DNA of 62,926 nucleotides, filler included, from Chiloscyllium plagiosum (taxonomy: Eukaryota), in the NCBI RefSeq assembly GCF_004010195.1. It is 3 parts of one record of this genome, joined end to end, with 100 filler letters (N's around TTAATTAATTAA, not from the genome) between each part and the next. Parts side by side here need not be neighbours in the genome. Positions count along the whole stretch, not along the records: positions 32,844 to 62,926 come from NC_057710.1; 2 more parts are not named here. The stretch is one strand, 5' to 3'. Below the pieces are notes generated by a model. It had not been told where the DNA came from. It did no database searches and worked only from the letters and a program-made list of their open reading frames with translations. Position numbers and translations under genes: made by a program. Positions 52,786 to 62,926 of the stretch are shown in pieces. Every line of letters starts with the position of its first letter. The stretch's first letter is position 1.

Positions 52786-53094
52786 CTGTTTGAACAAGGA
52801 GGAAGAAGACATTAGAAAAGATTATTATTTATCAATCTCTCACTCAAATTTGGGATAGATTTTGTTTGGGGTGGAAATATTGAAGGATCCTAATCATGCA
52901 CCCTAACTTTGAGGGAAGGTTTTCTTTGGCACAAGTAGCAGCTCCAAAATCAAAAGCCATAGTTTCTCCAGGATTTCTGCTAATTGTCTGTAAAGCGATG
53001 GAGATAGATCAGCACAATTTATGCAATGGTTCTAATCATCCACAAGAACTATGGCTGGAGAATATCTAGAGAAATGACAAAGCAAACTGTTCCT

Positions 53095-53707
53095 TGTATA
53101 GGAGTTGGGAGTTCATGCTGTGGCTGTACAGGACACTGGTTAGGCCATTTTTGGAATACTGCATTCAATTCTGGTTTCCCTGTTATAGGAAAGATGTTGT
53201 GAAACTTGAAAGGGTTCAGAAAAGATTTACAAGATGTTGCCAGGGTTGGATGGTTTGAGCTAAAGGGAGAGCCTGAATAGGCTGAGTCTGTTTTCCCTGG
53301 AGCATCAGAGGCTGAGGGGTGATCATATAGAGGGGCATAAATTATAATTTAGTAATTATAAAATTATGGAGGGGCATAAATAAGATAAACAGACAAAGTC
53401 TTTTCCCCAGGGTGGGGTGAGTCTAAAACTAGAGTGCATAGGTTTAAGATGAAAGGGGAAAGATATAAAAGGGACAAAAGGGCAACATTTTCACACAGTG
53501 GTGCAAGTATGGAATGAGCTCCCAGAGGAAGTGGTGGAGGCTGGTACAATTACTATGTTTAAAAGGCATCTGGATTGGTATATGAGGAAGAAGGGTTAGA
53601 GCGATATTGGCCAAATGCTGGCAAATGGGACTAGATTAAGTTAGGATACCTGGTCGGCACGAACGCGTTGAACCGAAAGGTCTGTTTCTGTGCTGTACGG
53701 TTCTATG
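53095..53707 (+). mobile_element. CR1 3' fragment
   Basis: LYRTLVRP..EYCIQFW motif and a CR1 3' UTR of the 34.2-kb family. Confidence 0.85.
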
Positions 53708-54459
53708 GCACTTTGATTAGTGAAAGTTGCAGTGGCAGATTAGAAGAATCCCACAGATCTCACCAGTGCTCATCCAAAAGAGTGCAATGTTAAATTCTGG
53801 AACAAAGTGACTGAATATATTGGTAGAAATTATATTTTGATTTAAAATAAATTTTGGTTGTAGATTCACACTGAGAAACAACTGTGTTGGAGTTAGACCA
53901 TTAAGAAGTCACATGTGACTATTTACAAAGTGACCTCTCTTCTTTTATGAATTCAATTATTAAGCAGTGTCAGGCTATACAATCAATGGTAAAATCATTC
54001 AATTTGTTAATTAGTAAAGACCAGGAAAGTGCTGCAAGAATTTTGTTGGACATTGCTCAATTAATTATTTACTCTGTCTACCAAAGTGATACGTTGCTTT
54101 TTAAAAGGAACAGAATTGCTCCCTTCAAAGGGTATATGACCATGTCATGTGACATCTATAACTGACAGCAAGGGTCAATCAAGAGCAAAAGACTTATTTG
54201 ATTTTATTCGCTGCTCTGTTCCTGAGATGCAGAAGCAAACTACTCTACTGAATCATTAAAATCAAATAATTCACATTAGATTTGAGATTGAATCATGGAC
54301 ATTTTAAGTCGGTACTTTTTTAGTTCCAACTCACATGACGGTCTCGCTAAGAACCCTAGCTTATAATTTTTAAACACCAAATTAAAGTGAACCCTGTGCG
54401 TTGGATATTACAACACCATAATTCTTCCTTTGGTGGCTCAGGAAATTTGGCATGTCCAT

Positions 54460-54781
54460 AAGGAGTGAAAAGGTGTGGCACAGCAGGTCAGGCAGCATCA
54501 GAGGAGCAGAAGAATCGATGTAAGCCCTTCATCAAGCATGTGGGGGATGGAAAGGGGGCTGAGAGATAAATAGGAGGGGGTTCGGTGCTGGCGGCAAAGT
54601 AGTTTGGAAGGCGATAGGTAGATACAGGTGGGAGGGTGATGACGATAGGTCAGAGCAGAGGGTGGAGCAGATAGGTGGCAAAGATAATGGACAGGTAGAA
54701 CAGTTCAAGAGGGCAGTGCTGTGCTTTTCCAGTGCCACGCTTTTCAACTCTGATCTCCAGCATCTGCCATCCTCACTTTCC
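54460..54781. mobile_element. Penelope fragment with inverted pLTR tip
   Basis: cagcaggtcaggcagcatc...aagcccttcatca followed by GA-rich 3' UTR, then plus-strand ctctgatctccagcatctg. Confidence 0.75.
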
Positions 54782-54784
54782 ATG

Positions 54785-55275
54785 AGGATCTTCACCAACT
54801 TTTATAGATGAATAATTGAAAGCATTCTGTCTGGTGCATAATGGCCTGATATGGCAACTGCTCTGCTCAGGATTGTAGGAAATTACAGAGGGTGGTGTGC
54901 ACAACCCAGGCCATCATGGGAGTCTACCTTCCATCCATGGACTCCATTTACATGGCTCACTGCAGCAGTAAGGCTGCCAACATCATCAAAGACCCTTCAC
55001 ACCCCAGTAATGCTCTCCTACAACCTCTTTTATCAGGCAGAAGATACAGAAGCCATAGCACATGCACCAATAGGTTCTGGGACAGCTTCTTCCCAGCCGT
55101 CATTAAACTATTGAGTAGACCCTCTAGTCTCAAATAATGCTGGTCTTGCTACCATTGATCGCTCTTGTATGTCCTGCGCAATATTACCTGTATGCCTCTG
55201 TCTAAATCTTTTGTTCTGCACATTCTTACTCAGGATAATTTTCTCTGTAATTCTGTACACGTGACAATAGATAAG
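54785..55275 (+). mobile_element. Rex1/Babar-type LINE 3' end
   Basis: FYR..IESILSG...YGNCSAQD remnants and IIKDPSHPSNALLQPLLSGRRYRS...SFFPAVIKLL. Confidence 0.8.
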
Positions 55276-55713
55276 TCAAACAGTTTCTGTAGCATGAATG
55301 TTTTTTTGCTGCAAAAGGACATCAAAATAGCACTTCTCCTTTAAAAGTCACTTTGATGACCACCACAGCATGGAATACATTATTTCCTAGACTTTAAGGC
55401 TAGTCACATGAACTACAATGCTATGCTTCTCCACATTCTTAAATTCATACGATATGCAGAGTATTTTTTTTAAATACGAGATATTTATAATTATACTCTA
55501 CCTTTCACAAGTTGTTTTTGGGTGGGAGAAGAGTTCAGGGGATTGTGGTGGATTAACAATATGCTGAGGGCTACCAATGCACTTAACATTAACATCAAAC
55601 ATTCCTAGTTCAAACACATCATCCAGACTTCACTAAATAATTAATTCTGTAGGCATGATTCTGAAATACATACAATTAAATTGCACACTATGCAATATCG
55701 ACCACTCATCTAC

Positions 55714-55812
55714 CTTTGTCCTGGCGAGCATTGGTGCTCCCCTTTCAAGCAGAATTTCTACAGCTCCATCATGTCCACTCCTTGCTGCACAGTGAAGTGG
55801 AGTCAATCCATC
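55714..55812 (-). CDS. ANK2: Ankyrin-B ANK-repeat exon ([33 protein letters not shown])
   Basis: 99-nt phase-0 exon, cag / gtagat. Confidence 0.95.
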
Positions 55813-58000
55813 CTGATGTAAAAGATCAGCACAGTTAAAACACAGACCACAAGGTAACGAGCTCAAATTCTACTTCTTTCTAAGGAATTTGCAACCCAGA
55901 AAAAATATTGAGACAATTAAATTGCTAACATTTGTTAATTTAAAAATGAAATCCCACTTAGGTTTTATATCTTGAGGCAAATAAAAATTCACTTCCAAAA
56001 ATTTTGAATAAGCACCTTTCAGTTGGTAGCCAATTTCAAGCTGCTTCCTATGCCTATAAATAATCAGCAGCTCTGTTAAGGTTCAACTCATGACATTGAT
56101 CAGCAGAACAGTTCAAAGAACATAAGATTTAGAAGATGGAGAATACCATATTATAATTGAGCCTGCTCTGATATCAATACAAGGAAGGACAGCTTGAAGA
56201 TATTGGCAATCAAAATACAAGGAGAAGATTTAGAATAAATCCATCAGGTTAGCATGAAACCGTCGGGCGATAATGAAATTTAGGTCTTTTTTTTAAAAAA
56301 GGTTTGGACTCTATTGCACTACAGCTTTAAGTTATATTTCACCTAATGTACACATCAAACAAATGAAAGTACTTCCTCTGAAAGTAAACAGCAACAATCC
56401 AGTTGAGTCGGAAGAGACATGTCAAACTAAGAGTGCTATAGTAGAGAACCTATTGGAAACTAACTTGTTTCTTAAGTTTCACGACTTGAAAAATGGCAAC
56501 AATCATTCTCTTCCTCTTGGAGTGTTGGAACACAATACAGCAGCATTGGCTGGAGTATGTTGAATGTTAACATTTAAAGAGGAAGATGTTAGACTGAACA
56601 ACAATATTATTAGTGCTGGTTAAAAGCAATAATTTAGGATAGGATGAAACTTAAAACAATTAAGTTGATGATATGATAGTTTTCAGTTAAAGAGAGTTTA
56701 CTGCTTATGTGTACTTTGATGATGAAAATAGTGGCACAACTGCTGTCGGATAAGGTGTTTAAGGTGAGCATTTTCTGGGTACAGGCATAACAATGAAAGC
56801 AAAAAATAATTACAGTAAATAGCAAAGAATAAAACAAACATTCAGCTGAAGTAACACTGAAGAGTCTTGACTTGAAAGGGAACAAACTACCATTTTATTG
56901 GTTTTCAGTTCCTTACCATAGCTAGAATATACCCATTTCTGAATGCAAGTACCTGTAGTGTATAATAAATCAATATTGTACCAATACCTGGATCAACAAA
57001 TTGTTTAATTACTGTTTAAATAATATTACTATAAAATTGCCTCCAAACATTATCCATAATCAGTCTAGTTTTCACTTAGTTGAATAGTAGAATGTAAGAT
57101 AAGTTCCTATCAATAGAATCTTAAACACTGGCTGCATTACAGAAAGTTAAATATGAAGTCATATGATATCAAGTTTTGAAATTGAGGGAAATTTTGCCCA
57201 TTTTATTACTACGAATATATTTTGAACATTCACATTTTTCCTACTACAGTTATAGAATGGAATAGAAGATCAGCTAGAGTGAAAAAAAGTCAGGATCTGT
57301 TTAGAATATCCCTCAAAATAACTTTACAAACAAAGAAGGAGCTATTTTAATCTAACCTATTCAACTGGAACCTTATATGAATGATAGTTTTACATCCCAT
57401 TTCAGTCAATTAACAGAATATTAGATGACCATAAAATCAGTATTGTAACTTAATTTGCAGATTTTTAATCGAGCAAAATAGATCAATTTACCCCCTTCCA
57501 TACATATTCTAAAATTCTCAAGGACTAAATGATTTTTACCATTTTAATTTCCTCTGAAGGACATGTCTGATACTTCCTATAAAATACATGTAGATTTATG
57601 GTACTGACTGCCTGTTAGTTTTCTCAACTGTTCTCACTGTATGTCAAGACTCCAGCAGCAGTAATGGAAAGCAGACCCTATTAGTGTATTCCTGAGTACC
57701 TCAAGTTAGAGAACACCTTGTAAACAGATAATAGCTCATGAAAGCAATGAGGCTAACATCAAAATGGGTGCTGAATACGGTATGGGTATGAATTAAGTGA
57801 CAGAGATAAACAGTGGATATTTTTCCCTCTGTTTCTATTGCAATTTTTCACTTTGAGATTTTACTTTCCATTGTTAGCCTGTCGCACAGGATAGCTGGCA
57901 CCTCCAAAAGATGAGAAATGTATGAAATTTGAGGGGAGGAGGAAGCGCCAGTTGTCTTCCCCTTTAAATGCACAGCACTAGCATGCGACAGCAAACCTAC

Positions 58001-58012
58001 CTCATTAATGCC
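58001..58012 (-). CDS. ANK2: Candidate 12-nt ANK2 microexon (GGCATTAATGAG = GINE)
   Basis: tttgtag acceptor and GAG|gtaggt donor. Upstream pyrimidine/UGC-rich tract is AG-free for about 135 nt; GCAUG lies 14-19 nt downstream. Frame-preserving in a phase-0 intron. Confidence 0.55.
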
Positions 58013-59294
58013 CTACAAACCCATAGCCATAGCAAACACATGGAATGCAGATAAAGCAAGAAAAAGAGACACCAACAATATCAAACAAAATCAAATAAGC
58101 AACATGTACACATAGGATATATGTAAACCACAAATCATGTTAAAATAGCCCTAATGTACAGATAGGATCGGTGAATAATGAATACATATATTAAGTACAA
58201 ATCAAGGTGATAAAGTAAGGAAGTGCCTTCACATCACAGGGTTGTTCATTTATTTTTGGATTCTGTTAAATGATTAATAAAAACCCAGTACATATGCACA
58301 TTTTTAAACAAAAATTAAATAGCAAACTGCTGTGAGTCCTTGTCCCTTTATTGTGCTGACATAACACAATGCAAGCCACTTCTGAGGTGAGTAATTTGCT
58401 TGCACTCAATGGAATGTAAATCAGGGTGATCAACAAAAGATAACTTAATCAAACCTATTTGAATAAAGTTAATTCTAAGGATGGCAATCATACATTCCAA
58501 ATGCAGCTTGCCACATTGAAGGTCATCAGTTTAGGTCAATTTCATTTCTGCTTTTCCTAGATTCACATACCAGAAAATACAGAGGAGAAAAAAGATACCT
58601 CTCCTTCAGTAACCTCTAGCAGACCGTTTAAGGACAGACTGCATAGAATGGGAAATCAATTCAGCTTCGATACAATTTAGCAGTGGTGTGCTGAAACAGG
58701 CATTAGGCCGTTGTTTAATATCATTGAATATTTAATACCCATTTTAATTGGGCACATCAAGCAAGCAGAAGTCACTGACAGCCAAATAGATAAACTTCCA
58801 TCAGGGATTGGGAACTGGATGCACCTCCCACCTTTTACACCTAATAATTAAAGGGGATGCATATTAATTGCTAGTGACAAGTGTCTTCTAAACTCTCTGA
58901 CAAACAGGAAGAAGAAAAAAGATTATATATTAGAATTGTTTACTTTCTAGCTTAATTTTCTATAAATTTTCTAATGTGATGGCTTTTTCAAATTGCATAT
59001 TTTTTAATAGAATTACACACAGCTCTAATATGATTTTCATTCTATCAGTGGGTTTTTTTTCCCCCACAGTGCACAGCATATTGAACAAAACATTCATTTG
59101 GTCAATATAAAGATGCACTGACCTGTAGCTACATTTACTCTAATCTAGCTCCAGTGAATTTGTTCTTATGTTAAAAAGAAATAGCTGTTCCCAAACTCAC
59201 AATATGGACTATTCTGCAACATTGACATTGCATAAACTGGAGAAACATGATGTAATAAGGGGTAGGAAATCTGCAACAAGTAACAAAAACTCAC

Positions 59295-59393
59295 CCGTGT
59301 CTTGGCATCTATCTGAGCGCCTCGGTCTAGAAGCAGTTTCACCATATTGGTATTTCCTCGTTTGGAAGCTACATGTAGTGGAGTGATTCCATT
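59295..59393 (-). CDS. ANK2: Ankyrin-B ANK-repeat exon ([33 protein letters not shown])
   Basis: 99-nt phase-0 exon, ccag / gtgagt. Read manually; the ORF track shows a different frame. Confidence 0.96.
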
Positions 59394-60699
59394 CTGGATT
59401 GGGAAAAGTTGAAGGAATACACAGGCATACAGAGACAGAAATTAAAAAGTAAGCATTGCATTTAAATGCAATATGTTCCATTTCAATTACAGAAAGGTTT
59501 TCTTTAAGTGAAAAATGTTAATTTTTTCCATATTCCAGGTTTGAAATCCTCACAAAGGACAAAAGCTGTTATCATTTTACTATCAGGTCAAATCATTCAG
59601 TGAGTTTCAAAGTTTGATACTGCATTTCTCTTTGTCAATGCTTTTATACTATACAATTAATGATATACTGTTGGAGCTGTAGTAGTAGCCAAGGGAAGCC
59701 ATAACAATTTCTATCACTAATAAGAGGTAATAAATGACTTAGATTTTGATTCATTCAGGATCAGTGATGAAAAACTAGATTTGATAAACATTTTATTTTT
59801 GAAAAGTGCACTAATATTTTCTCGTGCTTAATGTTTGAAATTTCATCATCTTTCAAAAACTTATTTATGGTAATTGATTCCAAGCATATTTGTAGTTTGC
59901 CATTCCTTATGTCAATATTTCCCAGTGAAATCGCTCATTCTGTTGGCTCATCCCAGTTGTTGTTGCTATGCTATCAAATTTTGTTTTTCTCACAATCCAA
60001 ATGGTTTATTTCTAAATGGATTGACTGGGGAGGAGACTTGGTTATCAGTTTAGCATTCCTCTGACAGCAACTCAACATTTTCAAATAGATCCTTAGTCTT
60101 TTTAAAATTTTATTGGATTGTTTTTTTTTAGATCAGATCTAAAGTTGGTTGGGTTGTTTCTTGCACTTATCTAGAAGGCAGCTTGTATATGATGCTTCTG
60201 CAGGTGACATTTTCAGCAAACCTTTATCACTATATGTTTGCCATTTTTTAAAATCCTTGATCTCCTTTAATTTAGATCTATGTTGTAGTATCTTTCAACC
60301 TCACTCAGAATAAAACGGATATTTGTGCTCCTGCATCCATAGGAATTTGTATTACTAATTGGTCGCTAGTAATGGTGGAAGCCAATATCTATTATTAACT
60401 TGATTTGCAGATACAACATGCATGTAAAATTCTTTGCATTCTTTTCTTCAGAAAAAAGTTGATTTTCTTCAGTTCTGTGATCTAAAAGTTTTTTTACATA
60501 GTCGCTATTTTTGACATAATTATGCAAGTTTAGACAATGGCTGCACTATTATTCCATGGGATTATGTTATGAACTGCTTCATCTAAAGCTGAACTTTTTC
60601 TCTTTCTTCTAAATTTGACAGATCACATGTCAGATTTCTTATTTTAATACTCTTTAATCCTTTACCTAAAAATTCTTTGTTATGGTGCAATTTACCTCA

Positions 60700-60905
60700 G
60701 GTAAAAGGTAAAGTCACCATAGCCCCACAAAAGAGAGATAATTAGTGGTAACTTTTAACCTGAGGGTCACCATGCCTCAGGTGAGAGGTGAGGTTGGGAA
60801 GGAGGGATTTTCCTGGTATCTTTGTCCAGTGCAGGAATTGAATCCATGCTGTTGGCGTCATTTTGCTTTGCAAATGAATCATCCAATCACTGAGCTTACC
60901 AACCT
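60700..60905 (-). mobile_element. Second tRNA-derived SINE family, degenerate
   Basis: Minus-strand head with aagctcag...ggattcaattcctgcac box-like motifs; internal cctgagggtcaccatgcctcagg hairpin. Confidence 0.55.
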
Positions 60906-61018
60906 CCACAATTTTTATTACTGCACAACTCTTTGGCACAATACTGATCAATAGCAACTACCATGTCTAGGAATGTGAAAGGAAGATATGTTTGTCATGT
61001 CACATCACATTTACTTTT

Positions 61019-61349
61019 GGGGTGGCATGGTGGCTCAGTGGTTAGCACTGCTGCCTCACAGCATCAGGTTTCCAGGTTCAATTCCAGCCTCAGGCAACTG
61101 TCTGTGTGGAGTGTGCACATTCTCCCCGTGTCTGCGTGGGTTTCCTCCTGGTGCTCCGGTTTCCTTTCAGTGCTCTGGTTTCCTCTCTCAGTCCAAAGAT
61201 ATGCAGGTCAGGTGAATTGGCCATTCTAAATTAGCCATAATGTTAGGTGCATTAGTCAGAGGGGAATGGTTCTGGGTGGGTCACTCTTTGGAGGATCAAT
61301 GTGGACTTAGTGGGCCGAAGGGCCTATTTTCACACTGTAGGGAATCTAA
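61019..61349 (+). mobile_element. HE1-type SINE (older subfamily)
   Basis: tRNA head, V-domain with an internal duplication, cacactgtagggaatcta end. Confidence 0.85.
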
Positions 61350-62145
61350 CCAAACTACATTTTTTATCTGGTTAGAGCTCAACAAAAAAAGTAATTTGGT
61401 TCAATTTGTTGACTTTTTTGCAATTTAAGTTCTGGAATGAAGGTCTCAACTGCCTATTGTCCACAGCTGATCAGTATAATTGCAGAGGTCAAGTTTTGGA
61501 TTGATTGAGTGATGTTGTGCAAAGGAGTTACATTAAAGATTATGTTACAATACACCATTCATAGACATGCAAGTAATTACCCACTCTGACAGTGGAGGTC
61601 CATTGACTTGTACCTGCTATTTTAGTATTCACTCAATAATTCAAATGGAAACAGTGGACTAAGGGCTAAAAATTCATGCTGTCTGGTCAAATGTATTAGG
61701 ATAATGTAATAAGAAATAATGCTGCATTATCACCGATGTACGGAATCAACATTTTTACCAAATATAATGAGGTGCAACACACCAAGTCATCAATGGCTTA
61801 CAGTAAAACATTTGTTTTAGTGACAGGCAGATTGGTGGGCTCTCATGCTGGGAAATGCACATGCTCAAGTCAAAATGAAAAGCCCTGCAGATACCACTGG
61901 CCAATTAGAATAACAAGCCATAGATATCAGAAATTTCCTCTTCTGAAACATTGCTTTCCAGGGTAGAGGGGTACAATTATCAAATAAAACTTAGCTCCTT
62001 TGATAGATGCAGTGCATGGAACCAATATGCATTCTATCATGCTTTCCCATCATAACTGTACAATAGTACAGAGACAGAAAACTGCACAGTTATCAGTAGC
62101 AAAAATAACTAAAATCAAAACCAAATTTTGAAAAAATATACTTAC

Positions 62146-62244
62146 CCGTGCTGTGAAATCTACAGCAGCTCCTCGATTTAATAGCAAAGTGGCTACATTC
62201 ACATTTCCATAGTGGGCAGCAATATGCAGAGGAGTAAAGCCACT
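62146..62244 (-). CDS. ANK2: Ankyrin-B ANK-repeat exon ([33 protein letters not shown])
   Basis: 99-nt phase-0 exon with cag acceptor and gtaagt donor; ANK2-type sequence. Confidence 0.96.
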
Positions 62245-62723
62245 CTGTGAATAGGAGGGAAACACATTGAAAATGCAAACCTGACAAGTGTATGAAGCTT
62301 AACTGCTCAAGCTTCTGATACTCCGAACTCCACTAAGACCCTTGTTCACCCAAAAGATTAATCTTCCTGTGCAATTCCACATCAAAAAGCTAACTCAGAA
62401 TTTACTGTTGGAATCAAAGCAACATCACGACTGGAAAGGATAATACCCTAACTTTTTTTTTCTTGCAGAATTATATTTGGTTACTTCTCTCTGTTCGTTA
62501 GTTGCACCCTGTGGCTACATTTGAACTAGGTAACAAAGCCCGGTGAGTTGCAATATGGCAGTGGAGTGATTCCAGACCACACAAAAGTATACTTTGGCCA
62601 AGTGCCTCTAATCTGTGGAAGACACACTTCCACAGTCAGAATAAACTTTCCATAAGTTTGCCACTATGCAAGTGAATAGAATAGCAAGATAGATTCATAC
62701 AGCAGGTGAGAGAGTTAATTTAT

Positions 62724-62926
62724 TCAAAGTTTGGGAGAAGATTTGTAGCTCGGGTGCTCGTTGCTGTGGTTCTGTTCGCCGAGCTGGAAATTTTTGTTGC
62801 AAACGTTTCGTCCCCTGTCTAGGTGACATCCTCAGTGCTTGGGAGCCTCCTGTGAAGCGCTTCTGTGGTATTTCCTCCGGCATTTATAGTGGCCTGTCCC
62901 TGCCGCTCCCGGTTGTCAGTTTCAGC
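62724..62926 (-). mobile_element. Young Penelope pLTR / 3' end (runs off the window)
   Basis: Poseidon-type 3' end with intact CpGs, TATAAA and a hammerhead core. Confidence 0.8.
62799..62838 (-). ncRNA. Minimal type-I hammerhead ribozyme (PLE-type)
   Basis: GCA-CUGAGGA-U-GUCaCCU agac AGGgGAC-GAAACGUU-UGC: complete core, stem I GCA/UGC, palindromic stem III. Confidence 0.75.

Noticed and set aside
56917..56952. Possible 36-nt minus-strand exon (VLAFRNGYILAM) with a gtaagg donor
   Set aside because: Poor polypyrimidine tract and no homology to ankyrins.

Overview
Vertebrate genomic DNA, almost certainly a shark or other elasmobranch (HE1-type SINEs, shark-type CR1 and Penelope repeats). It covers the conserved tail-to-tail CAMK2D / ANK2 locus. 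The + strand carries the last three coding exons (association domain) and 3' UTR of CaMKII-delta at 1.5-11.1 kb. The - strand carries eight ankyrin-repeat exons of ankyrin-B (62.2-36.9 kb) and two death-domain exons (25.9 and 21.0 kb). Two artificial 100-nt spacers (N44-TTAATTAATTAA-N44) at 18962 and 32744 join separate scaffolds, so the remaining ANK2 exons (later ANK repeats, ZU5/UPA, giant exon, C-terminus) are absent from this assembly rather than lost. The rest is intron or intergenic DNA rich in nested TEs: CR1, Tx1, Rex/Babar, L2-like, a Gypsy relic, three solo LTRs with TSDs, SINEs, Penelope pLTRs with minimal hammerhead ribozymes, and a tRNA-Ser pseudogene. Best leads: a candidate 12-nt neural-type microexon (GINE) in ANK2, an Rbfox-motif cluster plus an in-frame 102-nt intron around an ANK2 exon pair, tandem donors at the CAMK2D C-terminus, and dimer-type hammerhead ribozymes. 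I see no evidence for a wholly new biological system. Homology calls rest on recalled family sequences, not database searches.
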